From Candidatus Latescibacterota bacterium (lineage in GTDB: Bacteria; Latescibacterota; UBA2968; UBA8231): a DNA stretch of 64,000 nucleotides. The notes beneath the pieces were generated by a model. The model saw nothing but the letters and a program-made list of their open reading frames with translations, did no database searches and was not told the origin of the DNA. Position numbers and translations under genes: made by a program. The stretch lies in assembly GCA_965217585.1 (NCBI GenBank), contig OZ244561.1, positions 5,216,001-5,280,000 on the forward strand, in the 5' to 3' direction. This document shows, in pieces, positions 10,372 through 19,640 of this stretch; position 1 is the first letter of the stretch; each line of letters begins with the position of its first letter.

Positions 10372-10884
10372 TCACTCCTCTGTTTGGACCGAAGTCTCGT
10401 TATAGTTTTTGAGTACGTGGCAAAGATCTGTCCACACGTTTTCCAGCGATTGTAGTTGACTGTCAAAGGCTTCCAAGTCCGGCAGTTCGGATGAACGAAT
10501 AACCGCGAGTTCATCCCAAGCCGTTCTACATACACGGCTACAAGCCAAGGCCAACGCACCAATCCTTCTCTGGACATCCTGTTCTTGTTTTATTGTCTCC
10601 TTGGCTAAATCCAGTTGTTCGCCGAGTTGTTGAAGCTCAAGTCGCAGTCGTTCTTCTTCGTGCGGAATGAATTTTCGTAACCCGTCTCGATGCTCTCTGG
10701 TGGCTCTGAGTTTCAGATAGGACTTCACGGCATCCGCGACTGAAACTGCCGCCTCGATAGTCAACAAAGTAGGATTGGCTTTTGCTGCTGCTCCCGTCAG
10801 ACCCTTCTTAAGACCATGCTTGGCAGCAAGTCTTGCACTACTTGCCATAAAAATGAGAGCGTGTCTGGGGACGCGGGTTGTCAT
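10372..10884 (-). CDS. Hypothetical coiled-coil protein
   Basis: ATG at 10884 overlaps stop of the S1 gene (TGATG); heptad-like E/Q/L-rich central helix. Confidence 0.8.
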   Translation of the reverse strand: MTTRVPRHALIFMASSARLAAKHGLKKGLTGAAAKANPTLLTIEAAVSVADAVKSYLKLRATREHRDGLRKFIPHEEERLRLELQQLGEQLDLAKETIKQEQDVQRRIGALALACSRVCRTAWDELAVIRSSELPDLEAFDSQLQSLENVWTDLCHVLKNYNETSVQTEE

Positions 10885-12461
10885 CAACTCATCCTTACAA
10901 TGCACCAAGAAGCTGGAAGTAGATGCTTTGCAACCTCACCTGAAGCCAAAGGGGTGCCATTTTTGCCTAGCGAGGGTAAACAAGGGAAAGACGATCCTTC
11001 TTGTTCCCAGACACGAACGCGCTTTTCATCCTTCAGTTGCCATACTGTAGCTGTGTACGGTTCAAAAAACAGGGTTTCAAGAGGCGTACCGTTCTTCCGC
11101 GCAACTGCATGGCATTGGGCCATGAGAAAGTTACGACATCTTAAGTTTCCATTCGCAGGACGAAATGGTTTCTTCCCAAGGGGTTCGAAGGCGACCCACA
11201 GTCCAGCCAAGAGCCAGTGTTCCGGTGTGTCAACGTAAACGGGTTTCCACGGAAGTGATCCGTCACGACGCAGGAACACGCGCAATCGGTCGTCCTCTTG
11301 GAGACGTGCAAGTATTGCTCTCTTATCTTCGGTGACAATGTGATTTATGGGCAGTTCAGGCAAAGCCTCGTCAGCCGTTCGGACAAACCTATCCTCCTCT
11401 AGTCTGTTGAAAGGGGGGCGAGGCCAAGTACTAGGATATTCGTCCTGTTCACGCTGGTCTTCGACGCGGATGAATTGGGAGGACGGGTATGCAGCACTCG
11501 CAAACAGGCCATGAATGGGGTCCGCATTGAGCTCTCGAGCACGAGCCATAGCCTCGGTAAGGTGCTCGCCTTTTGCGCTTGGACTCCATGATTCGACTAA
11601 GCCTTCGTCAACGAGGACTCTATGCACCTGATCAAGTGCCGAACAAGGCAAGCCTGTCGTCGACTGAATATCGTCCCGCGATCTTCCTGCGGCGAGCTCC
11701 TCTAGGACGTAGAGTACAACCGGATCACAGTTTTGCGGTGTTTTTGCAATCCCCCATACTTTGAAGGGCAGGCTACTGAACGCGACTGATATTTTTGGAG
11801 ATTCGGGCTGTGGCATACATGCCCGGAGGCTTCCAATGGCTTGAGCTCGCCGTTTCCGCTTGTTGGTCAACCAGCCTTCGGGAAGCTCCACACGGATGAT
11901 TTCGACCTCAGCTTCGTCCCCAAGGGCAACAACTTCGGAAGGATGGTCAATCCATGTCCAGTCGAGTTCCACGATAGGCAGCCAGACTTGGAAAGAACCC
12001 GAGTCTAGGATTGCGCCATGGTCCTTAAAGTCGATGATCTTGCCCTTGACTCGATCACCTTCATTCAGGCCTGAGAGTGCTTCACGAGTTTTGGCTTCGG
12101 CGGCAGCGCTGATACTTGCCACCCACCCTTTGAGATCATGCTTAATGAGGACAAAATCGACAGATTGCCCCTCGTGAAGTACATCGGATGGGTGATTGAT
12201 GAGGTCTGCCATATCGTGCAAGAAGACGACAGCCGTAAGCCCCCCTGAAGAGACCTTGACGAATTTATCGCCGACGTAGTCAACGCGGCCACTGAAGAGG
12301 TCGCCAGGGCTTGGTCCACTCCGAACAGTGGTACCTTTCTCCCGTCTGTCCTTCTCTGCCTTCGGGGCACTAGAGATCAAGGCCAAGAAGAGGCCGACGG
12401 CACCGGCGGCAAGGGCGAGGATGACTTTTCCGACCTTGTCTTCATCGGGTTTTTTAAACAT
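10884..12461 (-). CDS. Membrane-anchored protein with two S1 (OB-fold) domains and a winged-helix-like region
   Basis: Start MFKKPDE with SD GGAGAGG; TM VILALAAGAVGLFLALIS; S1 repeats GDLFSGRV...HPSDVLHEGQSVDFV and GDRVKGKI...HPSEVVALGDEAEVEI; HTH-like GRSRDDIQSTTGLPCSALDQVHRVLVDEGLV. Confidence 0.8.
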   Translation of the reverse strand: MFKKPDEDKVGKVILALAAGAVGLFLALISSAPKAEKDRREKGTTVRSGPSPGDLFSGRVDYVGDKFVKVSSGGLTAVVFLHDMADLINHPSDVLHEGQSVDFVLIKHDLKGWVASISAAAEAKTREALSGLNEGDRVKGKIIDFKDHGAILDSGSFQVWLPIVELDWTWIDHPSEVVALGDEAEVEIIRVELPEGWLTNKRKRRAQAIGSLRACMPQPESPKISVAFSSLPFKVWGIAKTPQNCDPVVLYVLEELAAGRSRDDIQSTTGLPCSALDQVHRVLVDEGLVESWSPSAKGEHLTEAMARARELNADPIHGLFASAAYPSSQFIRVEDQREQDEYPSTWPRPPFNRLEEDRFVRTADEALPELPINHIVTEDKRAILARLQEDDRLRVFLRRDGSLPWKPVYVDTPEHWLLAGLWVAFEPLGKKPFRPANGNLRCRNFLMAQCHAVARKNGTPLETLFFEPYTATVWQLKDEKRVRVWEQEGSSFPCLPSLGKNGTPLASGEVAKHLLPASWCIVRMS

Positions 12462-12627
12462 TAGCCACCTCTCCTGTTCTCTGCCTCGGCAATGGCGACA
12501 GCCCAAGATCGTGGACGCTCCCGCTTGGAAGGTTGCTTTCTCCTCCAAACAGTAGGTCATTCCAAGGATTCACCGATCCCCACCGTCGTTACTATTATTT
12601 AAGATAGCTCTATAATGAGCCAGGCAT

Positions 12628-12792
12628 TCATGCGTCGTCGTCTGGCCAAGGAGCCTCTTCCGCGTTGAGCCGGTCTGTGGCATGATTGTAGTCGTCTTCG
12701 GCGTGTACCCAGTTCGCATTATCTTCGTCCTCTTCAATGCGGTTGTGGAGGTCTTTTTCGTAGTCGTTGGGGTCGGGTACGTCTTGGGGCAT
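12628..12792 (-). CDS. 54-aa highly acidic small protein (not in ORF track)
   Basis: AGGAGG-5 nt-ATG; MPQDVPDPNDYEKDLHNRIEEDEDNANWVHAEDDYNHATDRLNAEEAPWPDDDA; 19 D/E versus 3 K/R. Confidence 0.7.
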   Translation of the reverse strand: MPQDVPDPNDYEKDLHNRIEEDEDNANWVHAEDDYNHATDRLNAEEAPWPDDDA

Positions 12793-12943
12793 GGTGTCCT
12801 CCTATGAATTAGAGGAATTGTTCTACTTCCTCCTACGAAGGGGCTCAGCATGGGCAGCGATGTACCCGCCCAGTGCCGCAGAGGCCGATTCCCTCCACGA
12901 CGTTCAATGATAGTTTTTCTGCTTTTGTTGGGTGTAATGGGCA

Positions 12944-12983
12944 GCAGGTAGCGTATAGGGCGATCCCCCCAGACGCTACCTGC
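12944..12983. terminator. Stem-loop downstream of GIY-YIG-like gene
   Basis: gcaggtagcgt...acgctacctgc 11-bp perfect stem; no clear U-tract on the minus strand. Confidence 0.4.
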
Positions 12984-13007
12984 CTTCCTTACTTGACTTA
13001 AAGTATT

Positions 13008-13241
13008 TTAATAGCCAGCATGGTCAAATACATACACGTACCAACGTGCATGTTCTGGCCCGGCTCCACCGGGCGAAGCGTCGCAACCGCAAGAGCGGGC
13101 GATCCTATTCTCTTCCTGTTGAGCTGCCGACTTGGAGCTATGCCTACTGACAATCCTCCAATTTCTAAGGGTGGAGTACTCGGATTCCCATTCCCGCTTT
13201 CTCCTGTCAGGGTCCGTAGTGATCCCAACTCTACAAGCCAT
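13008..13241 (-). CDS. 77-aa GIY-YIG-like microprotein (apparently circularly permuted)
   Basis: SD AAGGAG/AAGGA; MACRVGITTDPDRRKREW ... KSAAQQEENRI ... WYVYVF. Confidence 0.65.
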   Translation of the reverse strand: MACRVGITTDPDRRKREWESEYSTLRNWRIVSRHSSKSAAQQEENRIARSCGCDASPGGAGPEHARWYVYVFDHAGY

Positions 13242-13439
13242 GTCCTTACTCCTTATGGCTATTGTTCTGGACGCCGCTGTCTGGTATTTCCAGTTCGTAA
13301 GCATCCGGGACGTTATGGGATAGTTAAAAGCAAGATACGTACCACCCTATAATTAAGAATAAGATCGGCTAAAAAGCGCCTTTTGGCGACACGATGGCAG
13401 CGATTTGTGTTATCGTGTCATTAATATGAACGCGGCACA

Positions 13440-13468
13440 TTGACAGGGTGCTGCCATCCGGCTAGATT
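13440..13468 (+). promoter_or_regulatory. sigma70-type promoter of uvrB
   Basis: TTGACA-17 nt-TAGATT followed by AGGAGG SD. Confidence 0.7.
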
Positions 13469-13490
13469 GGCCGCCTAGCAAGGAGGATGA

Positions 13491-15485
13491 ATGGAGCAGT
13501 TTAAGCTGGTTTCCGAGTACTCGCCCGCTGGCGACCAACCCCAAGCCATCGCCGAGCTAGTCGAGGGCGTGCGGCAGCAGCACGCCCAACAGACGCTTTT
13601 GGGCGTGACCGGCAGCGGCAAAACCTTCACCATGGCCAACGTCGTCAAGGAGTTGCAGATGCCGGCCTTGGTCATCTCGCACAACAAGACGCTGGCTGCC
13701 CAACTCTACGGCGAATTCAAGGGATATTTCCCCGACAATGCGGTCGAGTATTTCGTCAGCTACTACGACTACTATCAGCCCGAAGCCTACAAGCCGAGTA
13801 CGGACACGTACATCGAGAAGGAGGTCGAGCGCAACGAGGAGATCGATCGCTTGCGGCTCAAGGCTATCAGCTCGCTGGTGCAGCGCCGCGATGTGATCGT
13901 CGTCGCCACGGTCTCGTGCATTTACGGCATTGGCTCGCCCCGCGAATACAACGAACAGAAGGTCTCTTTGCGGCGAGGCGAGCAGGTCGAGCGCGACGAC
14001 ATTTTGCGCGCCTTAATAGACATCTATTACAGCCGCAATGACTTCGAGCTACAACGCGGCTGCTTTCGGGTGCGGGGCGACATCGTCGAGATCGTGCCTG
14101 GGTCGGAAGACCGCGCCGTGCGCATCGAGATGTTTGGCGATGAGATCGAGGGCATTTACCTGATTGACGCGCTCACCGGCGATGTGTTGGAGCCGCGCGA
14201 ACACGTCAGTCTCTTCCCGGCCAGAGCCTACGTGACCGACGAGGAGCGGGTAGAGCAAGCCTGCGAGCAAATCCTCGTCGAGCTGGAGCATCACCTCCTC
14301 GACCTGCGCACCGAAAATAAGCTGGTGGAGGCGCATCGTTTGGAGACGCGCACCAAGTACGATTTGGAGCTGGTCCGCGAGGTCGGCTTCTGTCCGGGGA
14401 TCGAAAACTACTCGCGCTACATGGACGGGCGTCAGCCGGGTTCCGCTCCGTATGTGTTGCTCGATTACTTCCCCGAGGATTACCTGCTTTTTATCGACGA
14501 GTCGCACGTGACCGTGCCGCAGATCCGGGGCATGTTTCGCGGGGACCGCTCGCGCAAGGAGACCTTGGTCGAGCACGGCTTCCGCCTGCCGTCGGCCTAC
14601 GACAATCGGCCGCTGGTGTTCAAGGAATTTGAGGAGCGGATGGGATGGACGGTCTTCGTGTCGGCCACGCCGGCGGAGTACGAACTAAAGCAGTCGGGTG
14701 GTGTGGTGGTCGAGCAGGTGATTCGGCCCACGGGATTGATCGATCCCTCCATTGAGGTGCGTCCCCAAGAGGGGCAGATCGACGACCTCGTCGAGGAAAT
14801 AAGGCAGCGGGCCGAAAGGCAAGAGCGGGTCTTGGTCACGACCATGACCAAGCGCATGGCCGAAAACCTCGCCGACTACTTTGAACAACTCGACATCCGG
14901 GTGCGCTACCTGCATTCGGATATCGAGACGTTGGACCGCGTCGAGATCCTCCGCGATTTGCGCTTAGGGAAATTTGACGTGCTGGTGGGGATCAACCTGC
15001 TGCGCGAAGGCTTGGATTTGCCCGAGGTCTCGCTGGTGGCCGTGCTCGACGCCAGCAAGGAGGGTTTCCTGCGCTCGGAGGTCGCACTGATCCAAACGGT
15101 TGGCCGCGCGGCCCGCAACGTCGCCGGCATGGTGATCTTCTACGCCGACCGCGTCACCAATTCGATGCAGAAGGCCATCGACGAGACCTATCGCCGCCGC
15201 CACAAGCAGGAGGCGCACAACGCCGAGCACGCCATTGTGCCGGAGACCATATACCGCAGTCGGGAAGAGATCATCCAGGCGACCTCGGTGCTCGAAAGCG
15301 TGCGCGGCGTTGCGCCCGAATTGGCAGCCGAGCCGACCGTGAATTACCAAGAAATAGAAGACCAAGAGGAACTGCTCGCCGACTTGGAGCAGCAGATGAA
15401 GGCCGCAGCGGCCAATTTGCAGTTCGAGAAGGCCGCGCATCTGCGCGATGAAATCACGCGGATCAAGGAGCAGCAGGTGAGTTGA
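13491..15485 (+). CDS. uvrB: Excinuclease ABC subunit B
   Basis: [42 protein letters not shown]-terminal UVR domain. Confidence 0.99.
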   Translation: MEQFKLVSEYSPAGDQPQAIAELVEGVRQQHAQQTLLGVTGSGKTFTMANVVKELQMPALVISHNKTLAAQLYGEFKGYFPDNAVEYFVSYYDYYQPEAYKPSTDTYIEKEVERNEEIDRLRLKAISSLVQRRDVIVVATVSCIYGIGSPREYNEQKVSLRRGEQVERDDILRALIDIYYSRNDFELQRGCFRVRGDIVEIVPGSEDRAVRIEMFGDEIEGIYLIDALTGDVLEPREHVSLFPARAYVTDEERVEQACEQILVELEHHLLDLRTENKLVEAHRLETRTKYDLELVREVGFCPGIENYSRYMDGRQPGSAPYVLLDYFPEDYLLFIDESHVTVPQIRGMFRGDRSRKETLVEHGFRLPSAYDNRPLVFKEFEERMGWTVFVSATPAEYELKQSGGVVVEQVIRPTGLIDPSIEVRPQEGQIDDLVEEIRQRAERQERVLVTTMTKRMAENLADYFEQLDIRVRYLHSDIETLDRVEILRDLRLGKFDVLVGINLLREGLDLPEVSLVAVLDASKEGFLRSEVALIQTVGRAARNVAGMVIFYADRVTNSMQKAIDETYRRRHKQEAHNAEHAIVPETIYRSREEIIQATSVLESVRGVAPELAAEPTVNYQEIEDQEELLADLEQQMKAAAANLQFEKAAHLRDEITRIKEQQVS

Positions 15486-15502
15486 AGGGCGCGCCGCCAA
15501 AT

Positions 15503-15531
15503 TTGACCTGCGGCGTTGTCCATTTTAGATT
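15503..15531 (+). promoter_or_regulatory. sigma70-type promoter
   Basis: TTGACC-17 nt-TAGATT upstream of ABC ATPase. Confidence 0.55.
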
Positions 15532-15576
15532 GATCCGGTCTTGGAGGAGCGGAGCAACATCAAATAGGAGCACATT

Positions 15577-16326
15577 ATGTCCAATGACCACGATGTGATC
15601 GTCGACGTTCGAGACGTCAAGATGGTTTACAATGCCAAGAACCGCGACGAATCAACCCATGTTCACGCGCTGCGCGGTTTGACCGTAGAGGTGTACGAAA
15701 ACGAGTTTTTTGCCATTATGGGGCCTTCTGGGTCGGGGAAGAGCACGCTTTTCAACATGATCGGTGCCCTGCAGACGCCCACCGGCGGCGAGGTGCTGAT
15801 CGAGGGCGTCAATCTGGCCTCGCTCAACACACAGCAGCAGGCTGCGGTGCGCTGCTTTGAGCTGGGTTACATTTTCCAGACCTACAATCTCCTGCCGGTG
15901 ATGAGCGCGCTGATGAACGTGTCGCTGCCCACCGTGTTTGCCGGTATGACCACGGTCGAGGGCGAAAGCCGGGCCATGGAATGTTTGAAGATTGTCGGCC
16001 TAGGCGATCGGGCCCACCACATCCCCTCCGAGCTGTCGGGTGGTCAGCAGCAGCGCGTAGCCATTGCCCGCGCCTTCGTCAACAAGCCGCGCATCATCCT
16101 CGCCGACGAGCCGACGGGCAACCTCGACAGCAACACGGGTCAAGAGATCATCAACTATATGAAGAGCCTACAACAGGAGATGGGGACGACGATCATTACC
16201 GTGACCCACGACGACAAAATGCTCACGGCCGCCGACCGCATGGCTTGGATCCGCGATGGGCGGCTAGAGCGGGTAGCCAACCGCGAGGACATCGAGATCC
16301 AGGTGGGCAGCATCAAAGAGCACTAG
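15577..16326 (+). CDS. ABC transporter ATP-binding protein (LolD/MacB-like); no permease adjacent
   Basis: [37 protein letters not shown]. Confidence 0.93.
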   Translation: MSNDHDVIVDVRDVKMVYNAKNRDESTHVHALRGLTVEVYENEFFAIMGPSGSGKSTLFNMIGALQTPTGGEVLIEGVNLASLNTQQQAAVRCFELGYIFQTYNLLPVMSALMNVSLPTVFAGMTTVEGESRAMECLKIVGLGDRAHHIPSELSGGQQQRVAIARAFVNKPRIILADEPTGNLDSNTGQEIINYMKSLQQEMGTTIITVTHDDKMLTAADRMAWIRDGRLERVANREDIEIQVGSIKEH

Positions 16327-16437
16327 CCTACTGCCGGACCCGCTCCCTTTCACGTCGGCGAAATGCCACTGACAAGAGAATTTCCGCTCAATCAAATAGA
16401 TAGGTGAATGAGGAGTCCCCTTTCGTTGAGAAGCTGC

Positions 16438-16475
16438 TTGACATCTTTCGACAGTAAACTAAGTTTAGCTAAACT
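16438..16475 (+). promoter_or_regulatory. TA promoter with palindromic operator
   Basis: TTGACA at 16438; perfect palindrome agtttagctaaact 16462-16475 overlapping taaactaagttta. Confidence 0.6.
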
Positions 16476-16492
16476 ACAAAGGAGGCGAATCC

Positions 16493-16732
16493 ATGCAGAT
16501 CACCAATATCCACCAAGCTAAAACACAGCTTTCCAGACTGGTCGAACGGGTGCTCCAAGGAGAGGAGATCGTCATCGGCCGGGCTGGCAAGCCGGTGGCC
16601 AAACTCGTTCCGTACGAGCGGCCTGTGCAGCCCCGTAAGGGGGGACAGTGGCGTGGTCAAGTCGCAATGGAGGACAACTTCGACGAGTTACCGGCAGAAA
16701 TAGCTACGGCCTTTATGGGCGAACAACCGTGA
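16493..16732 (+). CDS. Phd/YefM-family antitoxin
   Basis: NIHQAKTQLSRLVERV..GEEIVI.RAGKPVAKLVP. Confidence 0.92.
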   Translation: MQITNIHQAKTQLSRLVERVLQGEEIVIGRAGKPVAKLVPYERPVQPRKGGQWRGQVAMEDNFDELPAEIATAFMGEQP

Positions 16733-17106
16733 ATCTCCTCCTAGACACCCACGCGCTATTGTGGTGGCTCGACGACCCCACCCTCCTTGCTCCGACCGCC
16801 CGGGTCGCCATCAGCCAAGGCCAGAACGCGGTTTTCATCAGCGCGGCAGCCGCTTGGGAAATCGCCATCAAAAAGGCGCTGGGCCGTCTGAAAGCGCCGG
16901 ATAACTTGGAAGAAGTCTTGGAGGAAGAGCGATTTCAACCACTGCCCATCACCTTAGCACATGCCTTGGCCGTGGTCTCCTTGCCCGCGATCCATCAGGA
17001 CCCCTTTGATCGCATACAAGCGGCGCAGGCGAAATTGGAGAGTTTGATCTTGGTGACGCGGGACGCACGCCTCAAGCAGTACGGCATCCCCTATATCGAC
17101 GCCTGA
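16729..17106 (+). CDS. vapC: VapC/PIN-domain toxin
   Basis: GTG start overlapping antitoxin stop; LLLDTHALLWW, S...WEIAIK, H.DPFDR..AQA, LVTRD. Confidence 0.92.
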   Translation: MNLLLDTHALLWWLDDPTLLAPTARVAISQGQNAVFISAAAAWEIAIKKALGRLKAPDNLEEVLEEERFQPLPITLAHALAVVSLPAIHQDPFDRIQAAQAKLESLILVTRDARLKQYGIPYIDA

Positions 17107-17216
17107 AACCCGAGCAGCCGGACATCCTTCGCCCTATAGATAGCTGGTACATCGCCGGGCTGGATTGAAACTATTCATGAGACAGCACTACGTCCCGAGA
17201 TTCTATCTCAACTAGT

Positions 17217-17253
17217 AAAGCGCCCGATGCTGGCGGAGCATCGGGCGCTTTTT
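17217..17253. terminator. Bidirectional rho-independent terminator
   Basis: aaagcgcccgatgct-ggcgg-agcatcgggcgcttttt between convergent genes. Confidence 0.8.
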
Positions 17254-17296
17254 CGCGCTTACTCCGCGCGCTCTAAGTTGGGTTCGCAGGTGGCCC

Positions 17297-19612
17297 TCAG
17301 CGCAGCAGCAACATGCGCCGATGCACGGCCCACTCGCCCACATCCAGCCGATAGATGTACACCCCGCTGGCCACTTCGCGGCCGTAGCCGTCGCGGCCGT
17401 CCCAACTCAGGCTGTGTTCGCCGGCCTGCTGCGTATCGGCCTGCAGCACGCGCACGAGCTGGCCCGCCAAGTTGTAGATGCTCAGGCGGGTCGCCTCGTG
17501 CGCCAGACGGAACGGGATCAGGAAGGAAATCGTCGTGGAGGCGTTGAAGGGGTTGGGGGCGTTCTGCAGGAGTACCGGCCGGCTGCCTTGGGCGTTTGCG
17601 CGGATCTCGTAGGCCTGCTCTTCCACCACCACTAGCATGGCTTGGCCCAACCGGGCGAAGTTGGCTAGCTCGGCGGGCTGATAGGTGCGGCCTTCATACA
17701 GTTCCTTGGGCATACCCGGCTGGTAAGTTAGGTCGATCCACACTTCGTCCTGTAGCACGAAGTCGCGGCCCAACCAGTGGGTCGTCGGACGGGCGTCGTT
17801 GACGTCTGTAGTGCTAAAGGAGTCACCAAAGTCGCCGAAGTTTAACGCCACCTCCTCACCGCGCGGTTGGGGATTGACCTCGACGCCGTCGTCCGGGGCA
17901 AACAGTGAGGTGCGCCGCGTCACTAGCCGGTATTCTAAGCCGAGCGTTAGGATGTCGTCGAGCAGTTCTTGTTGCTCGCCGAAGCGGGCGATCTGCTCTT
18001 CGAGGGCTTGGATCTTCTGGTAAGCCCACAGCCGGGGAATCAAGCTGCCCGAGACATCGGTCTGGGTAAACTCCAGTGGGAAGTCTAAGCTCACGCTCTC
18101 TTCCCCCACGTGGCCGGTCAAGCTCAACGTGAAGGTCCCGCCGCCCCGGTAGCGGCCCACTTGGAACAGTTCCCGGCCTGCGGCTAGGGCCTCCACTCCG
18201 CGTGGGTGGATGTCGTGGATCTCCACTTGGTCGAAGCTCAACTCGTCGAGCAGCAGGATGGGAAAGGTAAAGGACTCAAACAGTTCTTGCAGCGCGGCTT
18301 CGATATCGCCTTCTTCCGAGAGGAAGTACGCCTCGCCTCGGTGCTCTTCGGCCAAGCCAGTCAAAAAGCCCTGATCCACGTCCTGACCCACGCCGATGGT
18401 GAAAAGGCGCGCTTGGCCAGCGGACCACTCGCCGATCAGCTCGCTCAAAGATTCCAGATCGAGTTCGCCGAGGGTGGGCAGGCCGTCGGTGAGGAAGATG
18501 ACGTGGTTGACCCGGTTGGCGGGAAAGGCCTGCTGCATGGCGCGGCCCAATCCCGCTTCAAAATTGCTCACGCCGAGCGCGTCCTGCTGGTTGATGAAAG
18601 CGGTGGCCGCCTTCTTGTTGGCCGGATCGGCGGGTACCGGGGCGGCGGCAAAGGAGTCGGCCCGGTGGGTGAAAACGACAATGTTGAATAGATCCGCTGC
18701 GTCCAGTGCGTCAATTGCCGCAACGAGTGCGCCTTTGACGGCTTGGAGCTTGCCCTGCTGCATGCTCGACGAAATATCGATGACAAAGGTCAGGCTACGC
18801 GGCAGGGGATCGCCTTGCGTCAATTCGGGCAGGGGCGGCAGCCACAGGGCGTAGTAGCCGAGGTCGTCGTTCGGCTGCGGCGCAAAGCTGAGTACGCTTG
18901 GCTTGGGCCGGTCGTCGGTCTGGCGGATGGCCAGGGTGAAGTCCTCCCGGGGCTTCACTCGCTCGTCGCCGAAGAAGATGTTGGCGCGGTGCGCGTCGGG
19001 TCGGTTTACCTCGGTGAGCCGCGGCAGCCCCGAGGTCGTTACCTCAAAGGCGTGCTGGCTGCGCACCTGGGCCCGCAGCACGAACAGCTCCATTTGCAGG
19101 GGCTGGTCGGTCTCGGGGGCCAGCGGGAAGGAGTAGTCGAGGCGGCCGCTGCGGGATTCGAGGAGCTGCATGTACTCGAATTCGACGCGGCGGCTGCCTT
19201 GGGCCGGAAAGGGGAAGATGCTCAGGCGGAATTGGTTGGGGGTCACCTGCTCGATCAGGGCTGGGTCGATGCGGCGGCCCACGATATCGTCGTACGTGCG
19301 GCGCGCCTCTTCCTTTTCGAGGACCTCCCCCTGTATCCGCTTGTCGCCGATCCACAGCACTAGATCGGTGATGATCGCCCCTTCGGGCAGGGTGAATTCG
19401 TAGATGCCTTCCACCTCCCATTCGGCGTGGTTGGTGAAGATCTGGTCGGTGCGCGTGCGGGCGATGCGCTCGTCGATTTGCACATCAACGGTGACCGAGG
19501 TCAGTTCGAGGTGCTGGAGGCCGTCGTCGCCCACGCCGGTGTACACGTAGCCGATGCTGAGGGCGGGAAGAGGGGCCAGCAGGGCGAGGAGGAGGGTAAG
19601 TTGGGCTTTCAT
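17297..19612 (-). CDS. Secreted VIT + vWA domain protein with C-terminal FlgD/T9SS-like sorting domain
   Basis: Signal peptide; VIT (F.N...EVEG.Y.F.LPEGA.I); MIDAS DISSSM, FLTDG; QNAPNPFN...IYNLAGQLVR...WDGRD..G..VASGVY.Y.L. Confidence 0.88.
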   Translation of the reverse strand: MKAQLTLLLALLAPLPALSIGYVYTGVGDDGLQHLELTSVTVDVQIDERIARTRTDQIFTNHAEWEVEGIYEFTLPEGAIITDLVLWIGDKRIQGEVLEKEEARRTYDDIVGRRIDPALIEQVTPNQFRLSIFPFPAQGSRRVEFEYMQLLESRSGRLDYSFPLAPETDQPLQMELFVLRAQVRSQHAFEVTTSGLPRLTEVNRPDAHRANIFFGDERVKPREDFTLAIRQTDDRPKPSVLSFAPQPNDDLGYYALWLPPLPELTQGDPLPRSLTFVIDISSSMQQGKLQAVKGALVAAIDALDAADLFNIVVFTHRADSFAAAPVPADPANKKAATAFINQQDALGVSNFEAGLGRAMQQAFPANRVNHVIFLTDGLPTLGELDLESLSELIGEWSAGQARLFTIGVGQDVDQGFLTGLAEEHRGEAYFLSEEGDIEAALQELFESFTFPILLLDELSFDQVEIHDIHPRGVEALAAGRELFQVGRYRGGGTFTLSLTGHVGEESVSLDFPLEFTQTDVSGSLIPRLWAYQKIQALEEQIARFGEQQELLDDILTLGLEYRLVTRRTSLFAPDDGVEVNPQPRGEEVALNFGDFGDSFSTTDVNDARPTTHWLGRDFVLQDEVWIDLTYQPGMPKELYEGRTYQPAELANFARLGQAMLVVVEEQAYEIRANAQGSRPVLLQNAPNPFNASTTISFLIPFRLAHEATRLSIYNLAGQLVRVLQADTQQAGEHSLSWDGRDGYGREVASGVYIYRLDVGEWAVHRRMLLLR

Positions 19613-19640
19613 GGTGGGTCCTTTCGTTGAAGAGGGACGG

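Noticed and set aside
12570-12851. 93-aa Thr-rich ORF in the track
   Set aside because: Alternative frame of the acidic 54-aa ORF, which has the strong SD.
6030-13350. Prophage or integrative element explanation for the island
   Set aside because: No integrase, phage structural genes, tRNA or flanking direct repeats seen.
13388-13419. gacacgat...atcgtgtc inverted repeat upstream of uvrB as an SOS box
   Set aside because: Only 8-bp arms with a long spacer and no match to a LexA box I can recognise; cannot be supported.
16493-17106. Phd-VapC toxin-antitoxin pair as a novelty
   Set aside because: Ordinary, well-described type II TA module.
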